A stretch of DNA of 64,000 bases. Origin: Phycisphaerae bacterium. GTDB taxonomy: Bacteria; Planctomycetota; Phycisphaerae; UBA1845. Every line of letters starts with the position of its first letter. Positions within the stretch are counted from its first letter, which is position 1. Where the stretch lies: positions 2,144,001-2,208,000 of the forward strand of contig CAXXGO010000006.1 in assembly GCA_963666835.2 (NCBI GenBank). Reading direction: 5' to 3'. Made by a program: the position numbers and the translations under genes. Positions 33,096 to 41,292 of the stretch are shown piece after piece. The notes beneath the pieces were generated by a model that was not told where the DNA came from, did not search any database, and saw nothing but the letters and a program-made list of their open reading frames with translations.

Positions 33096-33299
33096 TTACC
33101 GGGGGCAATCGTCGTCGTTTGGGCAACGCCGGGTCGGGTCAGCAGGGCAGGGGCCGGCGGCAGGCGGGGACGGGCAATTGTGGCACCCCGAACACGGCGG
33201 GCGAGCCTGCTGTGAGCCGACCCTGCTTCGAGTGAATCGAATCACGTATGCCAAAGCACAGGCCGCCAGCGCGAGCGTCAAGTAGTCTTCCCCAGTCAT
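33096..33299 (-). CDS. Small FeoB-associated Cys-rich membrane protein
   Basis: N-terminal TM then CSGCHNC; immediately after feoB. Confidence 0.65.
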   Translation of the reverse strand: MTGEDYLTLALAACALAYVIRFTRSRVGSQQARPPCSGCHNCPSPPAAGPCPADPTRRCPNDDDCPR

Positions 33300-33312
33300 C
33301 CTGTGTTTCTGC

Positions 33313-35784
33313 CTAGATCATCCGGGACGCTATCTGATAAGTCACCAGAGCGCCGATATAAGCCAGGACGGTCATGTACGAGAAGGTCAGAATAGGCCAT
33401 CGCCAGGAGTTAGTCTCGCGTTTGATAGCCGCCAGCGTAGCCGCGCACTGGCAACACAGGGCGAAGAACACCATGATCGAAAGTGCTACCGGCAGGCCGA
33501 AGGTGGGTTGTCCATCCGGTCCCGTCACGGTGCGGAGCTTGGCGCGGAGACCCTCGGAGGCCTCGCTCTGGTCGCCACCGAGATTGTAGAGCGTGCCCAA
33601 AGTGGCTATCACGACCTCCCGGGCGGGGAAGGATGCGATTACGGCGGTTCCGATTCGCCAGTCCCATCCCAGCGGTCTTACAGCCGGTTCGATCCAGCGC
33701 CCGGCCCGCCCTAGTATGCTCTGGCGGAGGAGCGATCCGGCCTCGGCGCGGTCGATCTCGGCCAGCCGGTCGTTTAGCGCCGCGCGGCTCTCATGCAGGG
33801 CCAAGGCGATCTCCCCGGCCGTGCCGTGCTGACGAGCAATCCCGGCGATATCCGCGTCCGCGGCGGATCTGGCGGTCTCCCAGGCGGTTGACCCCGGTTG
33901 GGTCTCGTTCCGGTCGATTAATGCAGTAAACGCCGCCTCGCGGGCCTCAATCTCTGTAAGCGCTGTTGCGATGGCCCTTTGCGCGGGCAACTCGGCGGGC
34001 GTTACCGCAGGATTTGCTCGTCGGGCCAGCTTCGCCAGGGTAGCCCGGTGCGTTTCCTTCGCCTCTGTCCGCATGGCGGCGTGCGAGGCGAAGATCGATG
34101 CCGGTCGGGGGTAGTACGCCAGAGCCCAGATTACGATGGTCACCGCGAAGATGATGGTCCCCGCGGAAACGCAGAAGACCTTGCCTTGCTCGTACATCCG
34201 GTGCAGTACGGTTGGGGCTGACGGCCATTTGTAGCCGGGGAGCTCCATCAGAAACGGGGCGGGCTTTCCTTGCAGCACAGTGGCCTTTAGCGCCAAGGCC
34301 ACCGCCACAGCTACTAGGCCGCCAATGACGTACATGGTCAAGAGCACCACCGTTTGCAGCCCCAGAAAGCCGCCCAGTAAAGGCGTTGGCGGAACGAACG
34401 CGCTGATGAGCAGCACATAGACCGGTAGTCGGGCACTGCAACTCATCAGCGGAGCGATGAGCATGGTAACGAATCGGTCGCGGCGATTTGCGATGGTTCG
34501 TGTTGCCAGGATTCCCGGTACGGCGCAGGCGAACGAGCTGAGCAGGGGTATGAACGACTGCCCGTTGAGCCCGAGCCGGCGCATCCATCGGTCCAAAAGC
34601 AGCGCCACACGGGGCATGAAACCGCAGTCTTCCAGGATGGCGATGAACAGAAACAGAATCAGGATCTGGGGCAGGAAGATAAGAACTCCGCCGACTCCCG
34701 CCACGACGCCGTCCACCAGGAAACTCTGAATAGCTCCGGATGGAACTACGCTTCGCAGGAATCCGCCCGATGCTGTCACACCGATGTCAACCGCGTCCAT
34801 GATCGGAGCGGCCCACACGTAGATGGCCTGGAAACAACCGGCCATGAGCACCGCAACGATAGCGAGCCCCCACACCGGGTGGGTAAGGACGACGTCGGCC
34901 TTCTCGGACCGCGGCCGGCGGTCCGGTCGACTGCACCTGACCGTTTGAGCGAGCACCTTCCCGACCCAATCGTACCGGGTTCCGGCTTCTACCTGGGCTA
35001 ACGAGACTCCCGCCGCGCGGATTCGTTCACGGCGCGACTCGAGGTCCGCCGAAATCCAGTCTCCGTGGCGCTTCCGCATGACGCTCTCGTGGTACCCTTC
35101 CGGTTCGAGCAGGGCTTGGAGCAACTCCACCTGCGCGCTGCCGCGGGCGGCGGGATTGGCATTGTCGGCCACGGCGGCGGTCAGCCCCGCCAGTTCCTCT
35201 TGGATGCACTCGGGAAATGGTAGGCGATGCTCCACCAAAGCGGGCGCATGCGTCTGGAGCGTGTCGCCGATCGTGGTGATTAAGCTCTCAAGTCCGGTCC
35301 GCCGGTTCGCCACGACCGATATTACCGGCACTCCGACCTGCTTGGCCAGCGAATCAGCGTCGATGTCGATGCCCGCATGATCTGCCAGGTCGACCATGTT
35401 CAAAGCGATAAGCGTGGGATGGCCGATCTCGAGGATCTGGCTTACGAAGAAGAGACTCCTGGCAAGCTGAGTGGCGTCCACGACGACGACGATAACGTCC
35501 GGCGCCGAGTGCTCTTCGTAATGACCGCAGAGCGCGTCGAGGACGACGGCCTCATCCGCTGAGTTCGCCGCCAGGCTGTACGCCCCGGGCAGATCGATTA
35601 TCTCTACCGGGGATGCGATGAGGTTTGTGCGAAGGAGCCCGGTCTTTCGTTCGACGGTAACCCCGGCGTAGTTGCCTACCCGGCCCCGGAAACCGGTGAG
35701 GGCATTGAAGAGCGTTGTTTTCCCGGTATTGGGGTTGCCGACCAGGGCTACTACGGGTTGTTTTCCGGACGGGTGTTGGGGCAT
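33313..35784 (-). CDS. feoB: Ferrous iron transporter B
   Basis: GNPNTGKT, VGNYAGVTVE, DLPGAYS, NMVD, LEDCG, FACAVP, MSCSARLP, FLMELP. Confidence 0.97.
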   Translation of the reverse strand: MPQHPSGKQPVVALVGNPNTGKTTLFNALTGFRGRVGNYAGVTVERKTGLLRTNLIASPVEIIDLPGAYSLAANSADEAVVLDALCGHYEEHSAPDVIVVVVDATQLARSLFFVSQILEIGHPTLIALNMVDLADHAGIDIDADSLAKQVGVPVISVVANRRTGLESLITTIGDTLQTHAPALVEHRLPFPECIQEELAGLTAAVADNANPAARGSAQVELLQALLEPEGYHESVMRKRHGDWISADLESRRERIRAAGVSLAQVEAGTRYDWVGKVLAQTVRCSRPDRRPRSEKADVVLTHPVWGLAIVAVLMAGCFQAIYVWAAPIMDAVDIGVTASGGFLRSVVPSGAIQSFLVDGVVAGVGGVLIFLPQILILFLFIAILEDCGFMPRVALLLDRWMRRLGLNGQSFIPLLSSFACAVPGILATRTIANRRDRFVTMLIAPLMSCSARLPVYVLLISAFVPPTPLLGGFLGLQTVVLLTMYVIGGLVAVAVALALKATVLQGKPAPFLMELPGYKWPSAPTVLHRMYEQGKVFCVSAGTIIFAVTIVIWALAYYPRPASIFASHAAMRTEAKETHRATLAKLARRANPAVTPAELPAQRAIATALTEIEAREAAFTALIDRNETQPGSTAWETARSAADADIAGIARQHGTAGEIALALHESRAALNDRLAEIDRAEAGSLLRQSILGRAGRWIEPAVRPLGWDWRIGTAVIASFPAREVVIATLGTLYNLGGDQSEASEGLRAKLRTVTGPDGQPTFGLPVALSIMVFFALCCQCAATLAAIKRETNSWRWPILTFSYMTVLAYIGALVTYQIASRMI

Positions 35785-35838
35785 CTGGACGAGGCTGCCG
35801 GTTTCTTTGGATGGTCGGTCCGGGCGTCCGCGAGAAGG

Positions 35839-36063
35839 CTATTCGGGGCTGAGCAGAATGCTCTGCTGGTGTCCGCCTCCGAGACCCACACAGCGACCAC
35901 CCAGCCGCACCACGCAGGGTTCTCCGGGGCGCACCATCATGACACAAGCCCCATGCACGAAACCCAGGTCGGCCAGACGCTTGGCTGAGCCCTGCGAATC
36001 AAGCACCGAAGACACGGTTCCGAACTCACCCGCCTTCAAACCTGGCAGCGTCTGTTCAGCCAT
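35839..36063 (-). CDS. feoA: Ferrous iron transport protein A
   Basis: LKAGEFG, RLADLGFVHG; GAGGAGG RBS before ATG at 36063. Confidence 0.88.
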   Translation of the reverse strand: MAEQTLPGLKAGEFGTVSSVLDSQGSAKRLADLGFVHGACVMMVRPGEPCVVRLGGRCVGLGGGHQQSILLSPE

Positions 36064-36123
36064 CCCGACCTCCTCATCGAACCGGTGGAACCAGAAGCAA
36101 TTTCGGTCTCTACCGGCGACAAC

Positions 36124-36138
36124 TGAGACTGTGTCTCG
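36124..36138. promoter_or_regulatory. Fur-like palindromic box 1
   Basis: TGAGACTGTGTCTCG, 60 bp upstream of feoA. Confidence 0.45.
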
Positions 36139-36344
36139 GGCACACCCGCGATGGAAACGCAACGGACCAAACGCCGCGGCCCGTCTTTTAAACCGAATAT
36201 CGGCGGGTCGCATCGCCTACTGCAAGACCAAAAGGCGACTTAGGGGGGGCGCCAGCACACTAATACGCCGGAAATCCAACCACGCGACCCACTTGTGGAG
36301 TATACGACAGGACTGCGGGAAGTCCAGGGCGTTTCCGTGAAAAT

Positions 36345-36359
36345 TGAGACGAATTCTCA
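36345..36359. promoter_or_regulatory. Fur-like palindromic box 2
   Basis: TGAGACGAATTCTCA, a 7-1-7 palindrome resembling TGAGAATnATTCTCA, preceded by AAAT. Confidence 0.6.
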
Positions 36360-36538
36360 GGTAGGCGGTCGTCAGGGGCTGGCTGCTTGTCGTCCTATAA
36401 CCGAGCGTGGAATCAGAGGACCTCTTGGCGGAAGAAGACAGAGCCGTCGATTGGATGCTGCCGGCGGGGAGCCGACGTGTGGGGCGAGTGCTGAGGAAAT
36501 CCACCGTCAGGCCTTTTATGGCGCCATGCAATTCTTAA

Positions 36539-36567
36539 TTGACTCCCTCTTAGTGTACGGATATGTT
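36539..36567 (+). promoter_or_regulatory. Candidate sigma70 promoter of the peptidase cassette locus
   Basis: TTGACT-N17-TATGTT. Confidence 0.55.
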
Positions 36568-36670
36568 TCGCTGATACACAGCGGGCCCGAACTTGGAGGC
36601 CGCGGTCGGACCCGCCGATCCCATCACTTGATTCACTTAGGCAGCGGCCCAACAGAAGGGAGTACAGGTC

Positions 36671-37942
36671 ATGAATGTGCGTCGTACGACGGCCAGCGCT
36701 GCGATGCGCCGGGGCGGGCAAACGGGTTTTTGTCCTTTGAACAGGGGGGGGGCACGCACTGCCGCCCTTGTGAAAACGGCGCTGGTCGCCGGGCTTGGCG
36801 TGGTTCTCGCCATGCCTAGCACCGCGTGGGCACAGGCGGCTCCGATCTACCTGGGAAGCGATCGGAGCATCGACGGGTGCTACCGGGATGAGATGGGAAA
36901 CCTGCACTGCGGGCCGGCAGTTGCGGACCCCGGTCCCCCGGGGCAATACGATCGGATCGAGCACCTCGCCGATTACTTCGCGTGGGCCGACGTGGATTTC
37001 GCCTTAACCAGCGGTAGTCTCGAAGTTGGCGAGGCGACGATTCATGCGGACCTGACCGGCACGGCGCCGGTGCTGGTGTCGGAGGGCGGGTTGCTCGTGG
37101 CGACGGGCACGGTTACCGCGGTGTTCGAGAGTTGGGGCTCGTCGGTCGACGCGGTCGTGCAGCTTACCGAGGGCTCGGTAACCCGCACGCTGGAGCTTAC
37201 GGTCTCGGTCACTCCGAGCGGGCTGGCAGTCTACGGCACTTTGACGACCACGGCCGGTGACCCTCCGGTGTCCGGGGGCTGGTTGTATTCGCCTGCGGAG
37301 GGCGTCTGGGAGGATCCTACGTCGGAGTCGGGCTTTCACGACGCCGTCGAGGCGATGCTCCACTGTCAGTTGCTGGACCGTCAGAATGACCCTCGGGGTC
37401 TGAGCCTGGGCAACACATTCATTCTGATCGGCAATATCATCGGGCAGGTGGTCACGTCCATCTTGGACATGATGATTCCCTATACACCTCCGCATGCATA
37501 CCAGTGTGACGGTCCCTTGGTCAACGACGGCCCGGGTCAAAGCTGCGAGGGCAGCACACCCCCGTGCATCGATAACCTGTCCAGCGTATACGAGAAGATC
37601 GACAAGATCCCGGACGTCACCCTGGCGTTCAAGAAGTGCATGAAAGGCCGCCTCGGCTGCGGCGGCTCACACTTCCGCCGGACACGAATCGATTGCGCGC
37701 CGGAGAGTGACTGCGGGCCATGCGAACCATTCGGTTTGGCCGGCGGATGCAGTTTGGGTGGATCGCTTATGTGGTATTGCGAGACTAGTGCAGACGAATG
37801 TGATTGTGCCAATGTTGTGTTTCACGAGACGGCACATTCGTGCGGCGCGTTGGATCAGACTGGTGAGACCTCTAGGATTGGCGAGTGGTTTGCGGATCAG
37901 CTAGGCCAGACGAACCCGGGGCTTTGCTGGCCGGTTGATTGA
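36671..37942 (+). CDS. Secreted protein with Cys-rich C-terminal HExxH metallopeptidase-like domain (putative toxin T1)
   Basis: GGGAG RBS; signal ending TAWA|Q; beta-rich N-domain; hydrophobic helix after DPR; 14 Cys in the last ~146 aa; VFHETAHSCG. Confidence 0.8.
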   Translation: MNVRRTTASAAMRRGGQTGFCPLNRGGARTAALVKTALVAGLGVVLAMPSTAWAQAAPIYLGSDRSIDGCYRDEMGNLHCGPAVADPGPPGQYDRIEHLADYFAWADVDFALTSGSLEVGEATIHADLTGTAPVLVSEGGLLVATGTVTAVFESWGSSVDAVVQLTEGSVTRTLELTVSVTPSGLAVYGTLTTTAGDPPVSGGWLYSPAEGVWEDPTSESGFHDAVEAMLHCQLLDRQNDPRGLSLGNTFILIGNIIGQVVTSILDMMIPYTPPHAYQCDGPLVNDGPGQSCEGSTPPCIDNLSSVYEKIDKIPDVTLAFKKCMKGRLGCGGSHFRRTRIDCAPESDCGPCEPFGLAGGCSLGGSLMWYCETSADECDCANVVFHETAHSCGALDQTGETSRIGEWFADQLGQTNPGLCWPVD

Positions 37943-38017
37943 GGGGATCGCCGCAAACAACCAGGGCTTTCATCTGCTTAGGCCTGATGCGGCAACATGC
38001 CTGATGAGGAACGGAAA

Positions 38018-38518
38018 ATGAAAATAGGACGTATGAAGGTCACGGCCATACTACTGGCCTCGGTAACTGTAGGAGTAGCATTCGGTCTCGGATGCTCTCC
38101 TTGCCCGCTTACGTTTGCCGGCATGCTCGTGCGCGGTAGCGTCGAGACGGATAGTCAAGACACACTCGGGGACTTTGTCGTTGACGCATACACGTGGACG
38201 GGCGACACACGGACCGCGTCGGGGTCAACCAGTCTGGGCTATAGTGACAACAACTTTACCTGGCAGGACGGGACCTTTCAGATCTCTCTTGCATCACCTG
38301 ACCGCGTAGCGGTCTGTGACGACCCGTTCTCGGCACAGGTCGAAGTCCCTGAGTACCCGGTGCCGGACGAGGTACACCTCGTGATCACACACGACGGTTG
38401 CGAGTACACCTTCGAGATACAGGTGACCGCAGACATGCTGACCGACTACGACTATCCGGAGTACGACATTCTCCAACTGACCGAGCCGCTGGTAATCGGC
38501 GCGTGCCCGGAAGAATGA
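38018..38518 (+). CDS. Lipoprotein, cassette A (putative immunity/inhibitor)
   Basis: Lipobox FGLG|C; paralogous to B and C (NFTWxDGTFQ, PEYPVPD, VTADMLTDYD, IGACPEE). Confidence 0.85.
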   Translation: MKIGRMKVTAILLASVTVGVAFGLGCSPCPLTFAGMLVRGSVETDSQDTLGDFVVDAYTWTGDTRTASGSTSLGYSDNNFTWQDGTFQISLASPDRVAVCDDPFSAQVEVPEYPVPDEVHLVITHDGCEYTFEIQVTADMLTDYDYPEYDILQLTEPLVIGACPEE

Positions 38519-38536
38519 CGAGGATATGTCCCGGCC

Positions 38537-38678
38537 GGGTGCCCCATCCATGCCGGCGTTTTGCGCGCTGGAATCGCCGCATCGCCCGCCGGCATGGGTG
38601 GGGGACGGATTGGAGTCCTGAAGTTGCGTCGGTCGACAAACGAGAGCTTCCACAAAGGCGCGTGTTGCGTTAGAGGTC
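38537..38678 (+). repeat. Family W palindrome plus a 73-bp segment repeated after cassette C
   Basis: GGGTGCCCCATCCATGCCGGC...GCCGGCATGGGTGGG; 38606-38678 equals 40623-40695 with 2 mismatches. Confidence 0.9.
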
Positions 38679-38679
38679 T

Positions 38680-38832
38680 CAATGCGATTGCGCGAATACA
38701 GTCTTTCATGAAATGGCCCATTCGTGCGGCGCGTTGGATCAGACCGGAGATTCGCGTCGGATTGCTGACTTCTTTGAAGACGAGTTTGAGACGGCAAACC
38801 CCATTGCTTGCTATCAAACGAAGCGACCCTGA
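38680..38832 (+). pseudogene. Orphan, start-less C-terminal fragment of a second peptidase allele (T2 tip)
   Basis: Translates QCDCANTVFHEMAHSCGALDQTGDSRRIADFFEDEFETANPIACYQTKRP*; ungapped, 27/48 identical to the T1 C-terminus; in-frame TAG at 38671. Confidence 0.92.
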
Positions 38833-38900
38833 GGGAAGAACTTGGGAGTATAACAATGTGTGCTAGAAGATCCCATAACACGCCGATCTGGAAACAAGCG

Positions 38901-39404
38901 ATGAAGAACACGATTCGAATAGAAGTAGCGGTCATGCTCACAGTCGCAGGTGTCATCGGTCTTGCGTCCGGCGTGGCGCGTTCTCCTTGCCCGCTTACTT
39001 CGGCAACCATGGTGGTTCGAGGGAAGGTCGAGGCAGACATCGCGACTACGTTGGGAACTTTCGACGTCGACGCGTACACGTGGACGGTTGGCGAACAGAC
39101 GGGGGCAGGGTCAACTCGCCATTCGTTGAGTGAGCAGAACTTCACCTGGGAGGACGGCACCTTCCAAGCCTTTCTCGGGGCCAGCGGGTCCGTCAGTGTA
39201 TGTTCCGACCCGTTTTCCGAGGAGGTTGAGGTCCCGGAGTATCCGGTTCCAGATGAAGTGCGCTTGGTCGTTATTCACGGCGGTTGCGAGCATACGTTCG
39301 AGATAACGGTAACGGCCGACATGCTCACGGACTACGACTTTCCGGAGTACGACATTGTCCAATTGACCAAGCCGTTGGTAATCGGAGCGTGCCCGGAGGA
39401 GTGA
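38901..39404 (+). CDS. Exported protein, cassette B (lipobox Cys replaced by Arg)
   Basis: Paralogue of A and C; SGVA-R-SPCP where A has GLG-C-SPCP. Confidence 0.85.
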   Translation: MKNTIRIEVAVMLTVAGVIGLASGVARSPCPLTSATMVVRGKVEADIATTLGTFDVDAYTWTVGEQTGAGSTRHSLSEQNFTWEDGTFQAFLGASGSVSVCSDPFSEEVEVPEYPVPDEVRLVVIHGGCEHTFEITVTADMLTDYDFPEYDIVQLTKPLVIGACPEE

Positions 39405-39423
39405 CAAGAATATGTCCCGGCCT

Positions 39424-39960
39424 GGTGCCCCATCCATGCCGGCGTTTGGCATGCGGGGTGCGGGGTGCCCCATTCATGCCGGCGTCTGCTGGGCTGGAAT
39501 AGCCGCATCGCCCCGCGGCCGGCATGGGTGGGGGGCGGATTGCGTAGGGCACGGTCGAGGTACGAGACCTGCCGAGATGTCGCGTGTCGCGCGAATCCCT
39601 AACCGCGTCACGCGGCCACCCGGTGAACGGTCCCGAAGGGACTGTGGGCACGTAGCCACGGGTGGAGCGAAGCGGAACCCGTGGGGTGATTCGGCCCCCA
39701 TACGCTCCCGTCCCGAAGGGCCGGAGGAGGATTAACGGCATGACGCAAAGAACAACGGCAGGTCTCGTGCCTCGATGCTGCCCTACAGAATGCTCTGGGC
39801 GGGTTGCGCAAGCCGAACGTCGTTGTGCAACCCACTTCGGGGTTGGTGCGGAAGGGGGCTTTGTGCCCCAGGGTGGCACTTCACGGCTGCGCCGCTTTGT
39901 TTACCCTGGGCTTCGTTGTTTAACGCCTTCGGCGTACGTTCAAAAGGCACGAGACCTGCC
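39424..39960. repeat. Nested repeat mosaic: W (two heads), X(+ 39544), Y (39606-39786, ending in X- 39757), Z(- 39821-39937), partial X (39945)
   Basis: Direct comparison with copies at 7473, 8721, 15985, 16185, 38537, 40549-40986. Confidence 0.88.
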
Positions 39961-40012
39961 GCGAAAGCGCGCGTCACGCAGAGGATTAAGCATGCATTCT
40001 GAGGATCTGGCA

Positions 40013-40513
40013 ATGAGGACAACGAATCGAATAGAAGCCGCGGTAATGGTCGTGGTTATAGGTGCCATCGGGCTGGTGTCCGGTTCAGCTTGTTGCTCGT
40101 GCCCGCTCATCTCGGCGCAGATGCTGGTTCGCGGCAGAGTCGAGGCGGATGCCACGATCACATTGGGGAGTTTCGAGGTCAGCGCCTACACCCGGACTGC
40201 CGGCGAATGGACCGGAGCAGGGGCGACGGGCCATTCGTTGAGCGAGCAGAACTTCACCTGGCAGGACGGGACCTTTCAGGTCCACCTTGGGGGCGGCGAG
40301 CTCGGCAGATGTCCCAATCCATTCTCTTCGGAGGTTGTGGTTCCCGAATACCCCGTGCCGGATAAAGTCCACTTAGTGGTTACGCACGACGGCTGCGAGC
40401 AGACCTTCGAGATACCTGTAACGGCCGACATGCTCACGGACTACGACTTTCCGGAGTACGACATTGTCCAATTGACCAAGCCGTTGGTAATCGGAGCGTG
40501 CCCGGAGGAGTGA
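40013..40513 (+). CDS. Lipoprotein, cassette C
   Basis: Lipobox SGSA|C; paralogue of A and B; last 100 bp identical to B. Confidence 0.85.
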   Translation: MRTTNRIEAAVMVVVIGAIGLVSGSACCSCPLISAQMLVRGRVEADATITLGSFEVSAYTRTAGEWTGAGATGHSLSEQNFTWQDGTFQVHLGGGELGRCPNPFSSEVVVPEYPVPDKVHLVVTHDGCEQTFEIPVTADMLTDYDFPEYDIVQLTKPLVIGACPEE

Positions 40514-40548
40514 CAAGGATATGGCCCAACCGCGTGCCCTATTCCGGC

Positions 40549-40986
40549 CGGACGCCCCATCCATGACGGCGGCTGCTGGGCTGAAACAGCCGTATCGCCC
40601 GGCCGCCGGCATGGGTGGGGGGCGGATTGGAGTCCTGAAGTTGCGTCGGTCGACAAACGACAGCTTCCACAAGGGCGCGTGTTGCGTTAGAGGTCGCGGC
40701 AGGTCTCGTACCTCGACCGTGCCCTACAGGGTGCCGGGTGCCATGGTCCACGCTTGCGTGGCCATGAAGGTCGTTTGGGTCGGGCGAGCGCAAGGGTGTC
40801 AACGTCGTCACGTGGCCACCCGGTGAACGGTCCCGAAGGAACTGTGGGCACGTAGCCACGGGTGGAGCGAAGCGGGACCCGTGGGGTGATTCGGGCCCCA
40901 CCTACTCCCGTCCCGGAGGGCCGGCGGAGGATTAACCGCATGACGAAAAGACCAACGACAGGTCTCGTGCCTCGACCATGCCCTAC
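40549..40986. repeat. Repeat mosaic: W, 73-bp segment, X(- 40698), Y (40806-40986, ending in X- 40957)
   Basis: Y is a 181-bp near copy of 39606-39786 containing GTAG-CCACGGG-N-CCCGTGG flanked by GTCCCG hairpins. Confidence 0.88.
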
Positions 40987-41085
40987 GGGGCGGGGTTGAA
41001 TTGACGTTCTGCGCGCATAGACCAGCAAGGCCCCGGCCGCAGCCGCAAGCCCGATGGAGGGATATCCTGTATCTCCGACGGTCTG

Positions 41086-41292
41086 CTACGAGTCGGTCTC
41101 GGTGGCGTCTTCGGTGGCGGCTGCTACCTGGGTCGCCAGGGACGCCAGGAAGTCGTTTAGGAAGTAATCTTTGGTACCGGCGACCAGAGCTTCTTTCAGC
41201 CGGGTCTCGCACCCCCCGAACATGGTACCGCCGCCCAGGGTCACCGCGAGCATAGTTGCCACTTTCGTGCGTATTCTTGCAGTGCGCTTCAT
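41086..41292 (-). CDS. Small lipoprotein (68 aa)
   Basis: Basic N-terminus, TMFGG|C lipobox, short amphipathic helix, acidic tail. Confidence 0.7.
   Translation of the reverse strand: MKRTARIRTKVATMLAVTLGGGTMFGGCETRLKEALVAGTKDYFLNDFLASLATQVAAATEDATETDS

Noticed and set aside
40088..40105. TIMP-like CSC N-terminus in cassette C
   Set aside because: The CxC spacing is not shared by A or B (SPC), and lipidation would block the free N-terminus; too weak to claim
38018..40513. Diversity-generating retroelement TR/VR pair
   Set aside because: Differences are not adenine-specific, the 3' ends are the most conserved part, and no reverse transcriptase is present
38519..40700. Integron cassette array with attC sites (GCGTTAGAG near the end of the shared segment)
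   Set aside because: No RYYYAAC inverse core after the stop codons, identity continues past the G/TT crossover point, and there is no integrase
38519..40986. CRISPR array
   Set aside because: Repeats belong to several families, vary in orientation and spacing, have no unique equal-length spacers, and no cas genes are present
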